From Mobula hypostoma (lineage: Eukaryota): DNA of 64,000 nt. Shown here piece after piece: positions 51,611 to 64,000 of this stretch (positions within the stretch are counted from its first letter, which is position 1; each line of letters begins with the position of its first letter). The stretch is taken from contig NC_086097.1 of assembly GCF_963921235.1 (NCBI RefSeq), positions 207,206,001 through 207,270,000 on the forward strand, read 5' to 3'. The position numbers and the translations under genes were made by a program. A model generated the notes under the pieces. The model had not been told where the DNA came from. It was given only the letters and a program-made list of their open reading frames with translations, and did not search any database.

Positions 51611-52825
51611 AGATGAATACTAGGAGGAATATTACTGGAAATGCAAGTTGTATGAACAAGCTGTGGAAGTAAATGGCATATATTGCAAAACTGTTTGCAT
51701 ACATGATGGGTTAAATAGCTTCCCTTTGGTACAAATAATGTGGCAAAACCTGGAAAGTCACTGGGGGTAATACAGGTGGGAAGGTGGGATAGTTTTTGCA
51801 AAGCATCTTCACTGGCTCAGTCACACGGCTTCAAGACGCTGGGGTTAATTTTTTACATTTCAACTGCCGATCCAAAACAAGAGCTAGCAGTTTGCTCAGA
51901 GCAGAGAGCAGATGCAGAGGAAATATTTGCCGGCAATAAAGTAAGAAAGAGGTACATGAGCTTTGCAAATGGCTTGTAGAGGGGAAAAAAATAAAGATAA
52001 AGGAAAGAAAATTCTCTGACTATTCTTGTTAGCAACAGAGGGAGTTCAATATATTTGACTAGATGCAGTCTCAATAGTAGCTTTCAATATCAGCTTACAT
52101 GTGGTTGAGTGTCATTGAAGGGCATCTTTGTGGGCGCAAAAGAAGATGAATATCTAAAGCACAGACCATTAAAATCACTGTTAATTTTTTATATTTTGCA
52201 CTAAACGCAGCTAGGTCTGAGGTCTAAAATGAAACAACTTTATCTTTGGAGAGAAAAGCATTTAGATAGTTGTCAAGGTGTTATAGCCTGTGCTGGTAGA
52301 CCTCAAATATTTATAAAGCTGATGTAAGTAGCTAAAATGCAATCACTTCATGTAGCAGATTAAGCCGAAAAATATCTTTAATGTCACTGAAACAAATCAG
52401 CTAAACTGGTTGTGAGATGCACACAACCATTTCCATTGCGAATCTGGTTTGCTCTTTCTTCAGCAGAACTTGAACAAGCCCAAAGGCATGTTGCAAGTAA
52501 ACTTCAAAAGGCAAATTGACTAAATTCCACGTGGAAAGTAATTAGTTCAGCCTGAAGTTGCAGGATTCAAATTATACCTTAGGAAAGGAAATTATCAGAA
52601 AGAGAGGAAAAGAACTTGTTGTTTGTTATGAGAACATGGGGTGAAGATGACACCCAAATATCTGACAAGAGAAACATTAATGACAATGCTAAGCATGTGG
52701 CATACTGTGACCAAACAGAACCACAATTTACACTCAGAGAGAAAGAGAGAGTTGAGTATTGTTGTGTGTGTAGGAATATACATTCCCCTGTACATGACAT
52801 GGTTGCTTAAATTGTTTACAATATA

Positions 52826-52915
52826 GTCATAGAAAAAATGCAGCACGCTAACAGGCACTTCAGCCCATCTAGTCCAGCCAAACCACTTAAATTGCTTACT
52901 CCCATCAAACTGCCA
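52826..52915 (-). mobile_element. CR1 3' tail fragment
   Basis: Similar to 40000-40090 (GTCATAG..AA.TACAGCA..ACAGG.CCTTCGGCCCATCTAGTCC). Confidence 0.7.
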
Positions 52916-53833
52916 GGCATAGTTCAAATGCCATCAATAAATTTGCTGATGATAGAACCATTGCTGGCAGAATCTCAGAAGGTGATGAGCAGGTGTACAG
53001 GAGTGAGGTGAATGGAGTCACAATAACAACCTTGCACTCAACGTCAGTAAGACCAAAGACCTGATTGTGGACTTCAGAAAGGGTAAGATGACGGAAGGCA
53101 CATCAATCCTCATAGAGGGATCAGAAGTGGAGAGAGTGAGCAATTTCAAGTTCCTGGGTGACAATATCTCTGAGGATCTAACCTGGTCCCAACACATTGA
53201 TGCAGCTATAAAGAAAGCAAGACAGTGGCTATACTTCATCAAGAGTTTGAGGAGATTTGGTTTGTCACCTAAATTACTCAAAAACATTTACATATGTACT
53301 GTGGAGAGAATTCTGATGGCTCCATCACTGTCTGGTATGTGGCGGGGGTGGGGGGGGGGTGGTGTGGGAGCGGCTACTGCACAGGATCGTAGCAAGCTGC
53401 AGAGAGTTGTAAAATTAGTCAGCTCCATCATGGATACTAGCCTCCATAGTATCCAAAACACCTTCAAGGAGTAGTGCCTCAGAAAAGTAGCTTTCATCAT
53501 CAAGCTCCCCGCCCCCCATCCACGGGCATGCCCTTTTCTCACAGTTACCATCAGGTAGGAGGTACAGAAGCCTGAAGGTACACACTCAGTGATTCAGGAA
53601 CAGCTTCTTCCCCTCTACCATCCGATTCCTAAATGGACATTGAACCCATGAACACAACCTCACTACTTCTTATTTCTGTTTTTTTTTTGCATGACTTATC
53701 TCAAGTTAACTATTTAATATACATATATAGGCTGAATGTAATTTTTTGTTTATTTATCATGTTTTGCATTGCTGCTGTAAAGTTAACAAGTTTTATGACA
53801 TAATGTTAGTAATAGTAATCTGATTCTGATTCG
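52916..53833 (+). mobile_element. 5'-truncated Rex1/Babar-type LINE
   Basis: KFADD, DFRKGK, VERVSNFKFLG, KKARQWLYF; (CTGATT)n tail. Confidence 0.9.
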
Positions 53834-54229
53834 AATGTGCATTGTAGTCTTTTTCTGAGGTCCAGCTCCATTGAAGAGTCTGGGTTACATCTATAAACTG
53901 CTTTCAAATATCCTTCTTCATCGTTATTTTGTATCCTTCTTTAAGTAGAGGTACTCTTCTGTAAGTAGGCTGGTTTTCTTGTTTTCTCTTCACCGCCCCA
54001 TGCATTACAACATGATCATACCCCTATGAGCTCCTTTTAGAAATCCAACAGATGAAATTTAGAATTTAATCCTAAGAAGTGCCTAGAAATGCATTTTGGT
54101 AAGTCAGATAGGGGTAAGACATAAATAGTGGTTCGAAGGACACCAAGAAATGTTGAACAGAAAGGCTTGTGGTTCAAGTTCATAATTCCCTGAAAGTGGT
54201 TACACAGAGTTACGATCACGAAGATGCTA

Positions 54230-56775
54230 TATACTTCCAGGATGCCTAGGCACAACTCGAGTAGCAGCAGTACTCTCAATGAATACGATTAAAAATTCCC
54301 ATTTCAGCCTGATACAGCTAAAAAGCATAACTACTTCCAAGGTCAGTACAATCAACAAAGATGTCTTAATTCGTTCAAACGAACTATCGCTGCTTAAAAC
54401 AATGGAAACAACAGTGATCGTGGTCAGAAGTACCTACGGAGGAGGACACCTCAAAGGAAGCTTGGAAATAGATCTGGGTTACAAGTGCGTTTAAGGAAAT
54501 GGGGTTTTAATCTCCATATACCAACTATCCTGCTGGCGAACATGCAGTCTCTGGTGAATAAAATCGATGATCTCAGAGCTAGGGTGCTGAATCAGAGGGA
54601 CATTAGGCCCGCGTGTGTCCTTTGTTTCACGGAATCCTGGTTAACCCTTTGCGTATCAGATGCAGTGATCCAGATCGATGGGTTTACTATACACTGTCAG
54701 GACAGATCTATAGAGTCTCTCAAAAGCAGAGGTGGAGGATTATGCCTCATGATCAACTCTTCTTGCTGCACAAATATATCAGTGCTGTCCCAATTCTGCT
54801 CACCAGACCTGCAATATCTAGCAGTTAAGTGCTGTGCTTTTTACCTACCACAGGAGTTCACTGGAGTAATTTTGGTAGCAGTATACATTCCACCTCAGGC
54901 CAATGTCAAGCAGGCTGAGTAAAGGGATCAACATGCATGAAACAGCACACCCTAATGCCTTTACCATCGTTTTGGGAGATTTTAACTAGGCCAGTCTGAA
55001 AAAAATCACTAAGCAACTACCATCAACAGATCAGTTGCAATACCAGAGAAGACAATGCACTGGACCATTGTTACACCACCATCAAGAATGCCTACCGGGC
55101 TATTCCACACCCTCACTTCGGGAAGTCTGATCACCTAGCTGTACTTCTACTCCCTGAGTATAGGCAGAGACTGAAGACTGCAGCACCAGTAGTGAGGATC
55201 AAGAAGGTATGGACAAGGGAAGCACAGGGGCACCTACCGGACTGCTTTGAATCGGTGGACAGGACTGTATTTAGGGATTCATCCCCAAACCTGGATGAGT
55301 ATGTTGCTGTTGTTACTGACTTCATTGAAACCTGTATGGATGAGTGTGTGCACAGAAAGACATTCCCAAACCAAAAGCCGTGGATGAACCAGGAGGTACG
55401 TTGTCTGCTGAAGGCTAGCTCTGTGGCATTCAAGTCTGGCAACCTAGGGCTGTACCAGAAAACCAGGTATGATTTGCGGAGGGCTATTTCAAGGGTGAAG
55501 AGACAACTTCGAATGAGGTTGGAGGTGAGATTGGATGCACAGTAACTCTGGCAGTGTCTGCAAGACATTACTTCCTACAAAGCAAAATACAATAGCATGA
55601 ATTACAGTGATACTTCACTATCAGATGAACTCAACGCCTTCTATACACGCTTTGAAAGGGAGAACACAACTACGGCTGTGAAGATCCCTGCTGTACCTGA
55701 TGACCCTGTGATCGCCATCTCAGAGGCCGATGTTAGACAGTCTTTAAAGAGAGTGAACCCTCGCAAGGCAGAAGGTCCCGATGGAGTACCTGGTAAGGCT
55801 CTGAAAACCTCTGCCAATCAAATAGTGGAAGTATTCAAGGACATTTTCAACCTCTCACTGCAACAGGCGGAAGTTCCCACTTGCTTCAAAAAGGCAACAA
55901 TTACATTATGCCTAAGAAGAATAATGTGGGATGTCTTAATGACTATTGCCCAGTAACACTGACATCGGCAGTGATGAAATGCCTTGAGAGGTTGGTCATG
56001 ACTAGACTGGATTCCTGCCTCAGCAAGGACCTGGACCCATTACAACTTGCCTATTGCCACAATAGGTCAATGGCAGACACCATCTCAATGGCTCTCCACA
56101 CGGCATTAGGCCACCTGGCTAACACAAACACCTACGTCAGGATGTTGTTCATCAACAATAGCTCAGCATTTAATACCATCATTCCCACAATCCTGATTGA
56201 GAAGTTGCAGAACTTGGGCCTCTGTACCTCCCTCTGCAATTGGATCCTCAACTTCCTAACTGGAAGACCACAATCTGTGCGGATTGGTGATAACATATCC
56301 TCCTCTCTGACGATCAACACTGGCATATCTCATGGGTGTGTGCTTAGCCCACTTCTCTTCTCTCTATATACACATGACCATGTGGCTAGGCACAGCTCAA
56401 ATACCATCTACAAATTTGCTGACAATACAACCATTGTTGGTAGAATTTCAGGTGGTGACAAGAGAGCATACAGGAGTGAGATATGCCAACTAGTGGAATG
56501 GTGCCACAGCATCAACCTGGAATTCAACGTCAGTAAGACGAATGAGCTGATTGTGGACTTCAGGTAGGGTGAGATGAAGGAACACATACCAATCCTCATA
56601 GAGGGATCAAACGTGGAGAGAGTGAACAGCTTCAAGTTCCTGGGTGTCAAGATCTTTGAGGATCTAACCTGGTCCCAGTATATCAATGTAGTTATAAAGA
56701 AGGCAAGGCAGCAGCTAATCATTATTAGGAGTTTGAAGAGTTTTGGCATGTCAACAAATACAGTGAAAAACTTCT
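54230..56775 (+). mobile_element. Near full-length Rex1/Babar-type LINE (APE plus RT), decayed
   Basis: ILLANMQSLVNKIDDL, LCFTESWL, RGGGLC, AVYIPP, GDFN, SDHLAV; RT motifs in 55881-56567. Confidence 0.92.
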
Positions 56776-57839
56776 CTTTCTAATATTTTTGTTTTTATAT
56801 ATATATATATGAATACGGAGTACAGGAAAAAATATGTATACATGTCAATACATTAAACTAAATCGCATATAAAGACTCCATACTCTATATTCGTACAAGT
56901 CAATTAGTTCGTAACGTTGAACAATAATAATATTATTATATAAAAATAATCTAACACACTACCAAGACCGAAGCTGATTTGTAGAAAAAAAAGAAAAAAG
57001 ATTGTTAGTCATCGTCTGTGCTTTAACAGCAAATCAAAGCTTTTGAAAATAATTCAGTAAAGGTCCCCACAGTGTTTGAAAGACTTGATTAGATTCAAAG
57101 ATTGAACATTGAATCTTCTCTAAATTTAAACATGACATCACATCACGTAACCATTGGGCGTGAATAGGAGGGGCCACATCTTTCCATTTAAGCCAAAGTG
57201 TCCTTCTGGCCATAAGAGACATAAAAGCCAAAATGTGCAAATCAGATAGCTCCAAAATAATATCCTTTCCTCCAACAATACCAAATAAAGCGGTCAAAGG
57301 ATTAGGCTTGAAATTTACTTTAAAAAGTATCAAAAAGGTTTGAGATACTTCTTTCCAATATTTTCCAAGACTCAGACATGTCCAAAACATATAATTGAGT
57401 GAAGCTTCTCCATTATTACATTTATCACAATACGGAGATATATCTTAATAAAAATGAGACAACTTGTCCTTAGTCATACGGACCCTATGGACCACTTTAA
57501 ATTGAAGGAGAGAGTGACGGGCACATAACAATGAAGTGTTGACCAATTAAAAAATTTGATTCCAAGTTTCCTCAGAAATTGAAGTCTTTAAATCTTGTTC
57601 CCAAAGATTTTTAATTTTATCTAAAGGAAAACTTCTCATTCCCAAAAGCATATTATAAATATTAGATATAGATCCATTATAAAAAGGTTTAAGATTAAAG
57701 ATTACATCTAGTAGATTCTTATCAGGACTTTTAGGAAATGTACTTATTTGAGAATGTAAAAAATCTCTTATTTGTAGATATTGAAAAAAATGCCTTTTGG
57801 GTAAACTATATTTAGTTGACAATTGTTCAAATGAAAAAA
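56776..57839 (-). mobile_element. 5'-truncated L1/Tx1-clade LINE (ORF2 C-terminus plus 3' UTR)
   Basis: HFFQYLQIRDF, WEQDL, QFKVVHR, CDKC...MFWTC (Cys-rich C-terminal domain), ARRTLWLKWK; A-rich tail at the 56776 side. Confidence 0.88.
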
Positions 57840-58597
57840 GACAAGAGTGAGATATGCCAACTAGTGGAATGGTGCCACAGCAAAAACCTGCCATTCAACG
57901 GCAGTAAGACGAAAGAGCTGATGGTGGACTTCAGGAAAGGTAGGACGAATACCAATCCTCATAGAGGGATCAAAAGTGGAGAGAGTGAACAGCTTCAAGT
58001 TCCTGGGTGTCAAGATCTCTGAGGATCTAATCTGATCCCAACATATCGATGTAGTCATAAAGAAGGCAAGACAGCGACTATACTTTGTTAGGAGTTTGAA
58101 GAGATTTGGCATGTTAACAGATATTCTCTAAAACTTCCATAGTTGTACCGTGGAGAGCATTCTGACAGGCTGCATCACTGTCTGGTATGGAGGGGCCACT
58201 GTACAGAACCGAAAGAAGCTGCAGAACGTTGTAAATCTAGTCAGCTTCATCTTGGGCACTAGCCTACAAAGTAACCAGGACATCTTCAAGGAGCAGTGTC
58301 TCAGAAAGGCAGCATCCATTATTAAGGACCTCCAGCACCCAGAGCATGCCCTTCTCTCACTATTACCATCAGATAGAAGGTACAGAAGCCTGAAGGCACA
58401 CACTCAGAGATTCAGGAACTGCTTCTTCCCCTCTGCCATCCAATTCCTAAATGGACATTGAAACTTTGGACAGTGCCTCACTTTTTTTTAATATACAGTA
58501 TTTCTGTTTTTGCACATTTTTAAAAAATCTATTCAATATAGATAATTGATTTACTTGTTTGTTTATTCATTTATTTCTTTGTTTGTTTGTTTATTTC
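57840..58597 (+). mobile_element. Rex1-type 3' part (overlaps the upstream copy by about 300 bp); tail completed at 61838-61937
   Basis: [33 protein letters not shown]. The UTR resumes after the CR1 and ends AATAAACCTGATTCTGATTCTGA. Confidence 0.9.
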
Positions 58598-61500
58598 GGG
58601 ATTACTGCCTATGCTGCGCGACAGTGAGAGTAGGAATGTAATGAGATGTAGGATAAATGCGTAGCTGAGAGAATGGAGCAAGGGACAGGGATTCAGGTTT
58701 TTGGATCATTGGGACCACTATTGGCACAGGCAGGACCTGTACAAAGGGGACGGGTTGCACTTGAATCATAGGGGGACTAATATCCTGGCGGGGAGATTTG
58801 CGAGGGCTACTAAGGTGACTTTAAACTAGAATGGTTGGGGGGAGGGAATCAAATTAAGGAGACTAGGAGAGGGGAGGTTGATGTAAGGGAAAAAGAAGAA
58901 GAAGATAACAAAGTTGTTTGCTCAATTAAGGATAAATAGAGAGTGGGAGGTGGAGAGTTTCTGAAATGCATCTATTTTAATGCTAAGAGAATTGTAAGAA
59001 AGGTGGATGAGATTAGAGCATGGATTGATACGTGGAAATATGATGTTGTAGCTATTAGTGAAACGTGGTTGCAGGAGGGGTGTGATTGGCAACTAAATAT
59101 TCCAGGATTTCGTTGCTTCAGGTGTGATAGAATAGTAGGGGCAAGAGGGGGATGTGTTGCATTACTTGTCAGAGATTATATAACAGCGGTGCTCTGGCAG
59201 GATAGATTAGTGGACTCATCCAGGGAGGCTATTTGGATGGAATTGAGGAATAGGAAAGATGTTGTGACGCTTATAGGGGTGTATTATAGACCACCTAATG
59301 GGGTCCGAGAACTGGAGGAGCAAATTTGTAAGGAGATAGCAGATATTTGTAGTAAGCACGTGATTGTGGGAGATTTTAATTTTTCACACATAGACTGGGA
59401 AGCCCATTCTGTAAAAGGGCTGGATGGTTTGGAGTTTGTAAAATGTGCGCAGGATAGATTTTTTGAAGCAATACATAGAGGTACCAACCAGAGAAGGAGC
59501 AGTGTTGGATCTCCTGTTAGGGAATGAGACAGGGCAGGTGATGGAGGTATTTGTTGGGGAGAACTTTGGGTCCAGTGATCACAATACAAATAGTTTCTGT
59601 GTAATTATGGAGAAGGATAGGACTGGACCTAGAATTGAGATTTTTGATTGGAGAAAGGCTAACTTTGAGGAAATGCAAGAGGATTTAGAAGGAGTGGATT
59701 GGGAAAATTTGTTTTATGGGAAGGATGTAACAGAGAAATGGAGGTCATTTAAAGGTGGAATTTTGAGGGTTCAGAATCTTTATGCTCCTGTTAGGTTGAA
59801 AGGAAAGGTTAAAAGTTTGAGAGAGCCATGGTTTTCAAGAGATATTAGAAACTTGGTTCAGAAAAAGAGAGAGATCTTCAATAAATATAGGCAGCTTGGA
59901 TTTAATGAGGTACTCGAGGAATATAAAGAATGTAAAAAGAATCTTAAGAAAGAAATTAGAAGAGCTAAAAGAAGATACAAGGCTGCTTTGGTAAGTAAGG
60001 TGAAAATAAATCCAAAGTGTTTCTACTGTTATGTTAGTGGCAAAAGGATAGTGAGGGATAAAATTGGTCCCTTGGAGAATCAGAGTGGACAGCTATGTGC
60101 GGAGCCAAAAGAGATGGGGGAGATTTTGATCTATTTCTTTTCTTAGGTATTCACTAAGGAGAAGGATATTGAATTGTGTAAGGTAAAGGAAACAAGTAGG
60201 GTAGTTATGGAAAGTATGACAATTAAAGAAGAGGAAGTACTGACACTTTTAAGGAATATAAAAGTGGATAAGTCTCCGGGTCCAGACAAGATACTCCCTA
60301 GGACTTTGAGGGAAGTTAGTGTAGAAATAACAGGGGCTCTGACAGAAATATTTCAAATGTCATTAGAAACAGGGATGGTGCCGGAGGATTGGTGTATCGC
60401 TCATGTGGTTCCATTGTTTAAAAATGGTTCTGAGAGTAAACCTGGCAATTATCAGCCTGTGAGTTTGACATCGGTGGTGGGTAAATTGATGGAAAGTATT
60501 CTTAGAAATGGTATATATAATTTCTGGATAGACAGGGTCTGATTAGGAACAGTCAACATGGATTTGTGCGTGGAAGGTCATGTTTGACAAATCTTATTGA
60601 ATTTTTTGATGAGGTTACTAAGAAAGTTGACAAGGGCAAAATGGTGGATGTTGTCTGTATGGACTTCAGTAAGGCCTTTGGCAAGGTTCCACACGGAAGG
60701 TTAGTTAGGAAGGTTCAATCGTTAGGCAGTAATATCGAAGTAGTAAAATGGATTCAGCAGTGGCTAGATGGGAGGCACCAGAGAGTAGTGGTGGATAACT
60801 GTGTGTCAGACTGGAGGACTGTGTGTAGTGGTGTGCCTCAGGGATCTGTACTGGGTCCAATGTTGTTTGTAATATATATTAATGATCTGGATGATGGGGT
60901 AGTAAATTGGATTAGTAAGTATGCAGATGATACTAAGATAGGTGGTGCTGTGGATGATGAGCTAGGTTTTCAAAACTTGCAGAGAGATTTAGGGCAGTTA
61001 GAAGAGTGGGCAGAAAGATGGCAGATGGAGTTTAATGCTGAAAAATGTGAGGTGCTACATTTTGGTAGAACTAATCAAAATAGGATATACATGGTAAATG
61101 GTAGGGCATTAAAGAATGCTTTAGAACAGATCTAGGAATAATGGTGCATAGTTCCCTGAAGATGGAATCTCATGTGGATAGGGTGGTGAAGAAAGCTTTT
61201 GGTTTGCTGGCCTTTATTAATCACGGCATTGAGTATAGGAGTTGGGATGTAATGTTGAATTTGTATAAGGCATTGGTAAGGCCAAATCTGGAGTATTGTG
61301 TACAGTTCTGGTCACCGAATTATAGGAAGGATGTCAATAAAATTGAAAGAGTTCAGAGGGGGTTTACTAAAATGTTGCCTGGGTTTCACCTCCTAATTTA
61401 CAGAGAAAGGTTGAATGAGTTAGGTCTTTATTCTTTGGAGCGTAGAAGGTTGAGGGTAGACTTGATAGAGGTGTTTAAAATTATGAGGGGGATTGATAGA

Positions 61501-61837
61501 GTTGACGGGGTTAGACTTTTTCCATTGAGAGTGGGAAAGATTCAAACAACAGGGCAAGGGTTGAGAATTAGAGGACAAAAGTTTAGGGGTAACATGAGGG
61601 GGAACTTCTTTACTCAGAGAGTGGTAGCTGTGTGGAATGAGCTTCCAGCAGAAGTGGTTGAGGCAGGTTCTATGTTGTCATTTAAAGTTAAATTGGATAG
61701 ATATAAGGACAGGAAAGGAATGGAGGGTTATGGTCTGAGTGCAGGTCGGTGGGAATAGGATAGGGTAAGAGTTTGGCATGGACTAGAAGGGCTGAGATGG
61801 CCTGTTTCCATGCTGTAATTGTTATATGTTTATATGG
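58598..61837 (+). mobile_element. CR1 LINE, 5'-truncated within ORF1; ORF2 full-length but frameshifted
   Basis: ORFs 58943-59527, 59445-60146, 60174-60542, 60566-61135 (YADD) and 61141-61758. ATATGGTT tail. 7-bp TSD TTATTTC at 58591-58597 and 61838-61844. Confidence 0.95.
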
Positions 61838-62166
61838 TTATTTCTCTGCTAGATTATGTATTATATTGAACTGCTGCTGCTAAGTTAACAAATTTCACGT
61901 CACATGCCAGTAATAATAAACCTGATTCTGATTCTGATATTTGGCATATTTGCTTTCAAAGGCCAGAGCACAGTACGTAGAACTGGGATATTATGCTTCA
62001 ACTATTTTGCACAGGCACTGGTTGATATCTGCAACACGCTGCAGTGGAAATGATGGAATCAGATACACTTTTTACATTTAAATGGCATTTAGACAGATAC
62101 TTAGATAGATAGGACATAGAAGTTAGAGTTAGAAGGGGAAAAACAGGCTTAACGTAGATGGGTAGT

Positions 62167-62369
62167 GGTATGTTTGTTCTTTAACAAAAATAAACTTGCG
62201 TATGTAAAAATGTTAGAACTATTTTATTTACAGATTCACAAAATGACTTCAGTTCAACCTCTCCAGAGCATGAGTGACCCATTCGCCAATGTCTCTTCCC
62301 ATTCTGGGTGAACCATCCACATTGGACACTGGGAACTGAAGTTCTTTATTAGATACAGACATAATAACA
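62167..62369 (-). mobile_element. Putative 3' LTR of the Gypsy element, with PPT at about 62372-62380
   Basis: Minus strand: AGAGAAAAA purine tract, then TGTTATTATG..., AATAAA (about 62223-62228), ending ...AACATACCA. Confidence 0.5.
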
Positions 62370-64000
62370 CATTTTTCTCTGTTAAATAAAACAAACACAA
62401 TGATATATTCTCATAAACTTACAAAATGCAACAATGCTTTTCTACAAAGATATTTGTATTGACTTCAATTGTACTGAGCATATACAATCCCTTTTTCACT
62501 CAACAACTCTTAATCTGTCTCTGTGGTGGCTTAATAATAACTTCTGGACTCATGTATGTTTCCACAGATGTCTTGTTTTCACTCATTGCGTTAATACCAG
62601 TGCCCTTTTGAGAATTCTGATCTATGTGTACGTTTCTTTCATATCCTTCTGCCAAAATCCTATCTGTTCTTGTTCTTGCTGTGTGACCATAATTTACTCC
62701 ATGTGCGTCATAATGGAGCCCTGGACTACATCCATGTGATCAGTGAGTCTTTGCACAAGTTTCAACTGAGTCTGTCTCAATTCACAGAGCACTTGTTGGC
62801 TGCATATCATAAATAGCAACTTCTGTTTGTTTGTGTTAAACTGGTGCTGTTGTTCTGACCTTGGTGGTCTGTGCATTCTCTCCATCTTCCTTTTCATTTT
62901 TCTGTTTCAGCATTGGAGAGGATCATGGAGATATTTTTGTTCTCTCCAGTATTGCCTTCACTTTTAACTTCACTGGGTAAATCTTGCTCTTTACTTTGAG
63001 AGTTCTGTAATCATCTACGCAAAGCAGATTTACCCAGCCACCAGTGTCAAACTTGGTTGAAATTACTGTCTCATTCACAGTCATTGGAACAGTCGATTTT
63101 GTTTGACCAGCACCAGCAGTCTGTAGAGAATTTACAAAGACTTCCTGACTTCCTCCATTTCCTGAACAACCGTGTGCACCATTCTCTTTTGGTATCCTTG
63201 AAGCAATTTGTGAAGCAATTCCTCTTCCCACAATAATTGCAGGACTTTCCGTAAGCAGGACGCTACTTTGGGATGGATTTACTGTTTGAGCTGAGCTTTT
63301 TGCTATGCTGTTGCTTTGGGAAACACTTGGTGCTCTGCCACTCTGTTTTCACAGCGTGCACTGTTGTTTCAGCTCTGCGCAGCTCCTTAGCATGCGCTCA
63401 TATGGTCTTTGCTGTCTGACATATATTCACAGCCTTTTCTAGCATTAAATCTTTGTCATGTAGCAAGCTTTCTCTAAGTTCATTATCTGGGATTCCGCAG
63501 ACTATTCTGTCTCTGACTAATGAGTGTCTCAAATCTCCAAACTCACAAGACTTACTCTGTGTGAAGCCCAGCCACGTATTGGTCAAAGTTAACACCTTGT
63601 TTCTTTTCACAGAAGAGGAGTTTATATCTCTCAAGCATGACGTTTTTACCTGGGATAAAATACTCATTTAATTTTGCCATCAGAGTGTCCAACATCAAGG
63701 TTGTCTCGTCCATTTGAAAGCTGTTACAGGTGTCCAAAGCATCTTTGTCAATTACGTGCAGAAAGATTGACACCTTCAATTTTCCATCTCCCCCCTCCGG
63801 CTCTACTCGCTACTAAGTGTATCTTGAATCACCGTTTGAAGTGCTTCCAGTTATCGGTTAAATTGCCGGCAAATTGCATAGGTGCAGGAAGACATAGATT
63901 ATCCTTTGAGGGGGTTTTAAGGCTCTCACCTCAATTTCTTGGTGAACTTCAAGACATCGTGCTCTCTTGCTGGCAGCTTCTCTCCAAGCGTCTCTTTCTT
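62370..64000 (-). mobile_element. Gypsy/Ty3 LTR retrotransposon internal region (gag plus protease remnants; RT, RNase H and integrase largely absent)
   Basis: NLTDNWKHFK, IFLHVID, LNEYFIPGKNVMLERYK, CEFGDL..RDRIVCGI..LRESLL..LMLEKAVNIC (gag); KFDTGGWVNLL (aspartic protease-like). Confidence 0.82.

Overview
This is a eukaryotic, transposon-dominated intergenic or intronic window. The repeat content (CR1 LINEs with an SGNH-esterase ORF1, Rex1/Babar-type LINEs, Penelope-like elements, a V-SINE-like SINE, L1/Tx1, RTE, Tc1, Gypsy) points to a cartilaginous fish, probably a ray; this is an inference. I found no convincing host protein-coding gene, and nearly all long ORFs are decayed retroelement ORFs or antisense to them. 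Main points: (1) a near full-length Penelope-like element (33024-36624, minus) with a 14-bp TSD. (2) A minimal hammerhead ribozyme motif in the Penelope pseudo-LTRs. (3) Small TSD-flanked fold-back insertions built from that ribozyme-bearing end, including a 111-bp-arm near-perfect palindrome at 8363-8585 with a hammerhead on each strand. (4) A fold-back L1-type 3' tail. (5) Two CR1 copies that share ORF2 but carry different ORF1 modules. (6) Several nested or rearranged insertions. Family names come from recognising motifs by eye, not from database searches, and boundaries without a TSD are approximate.
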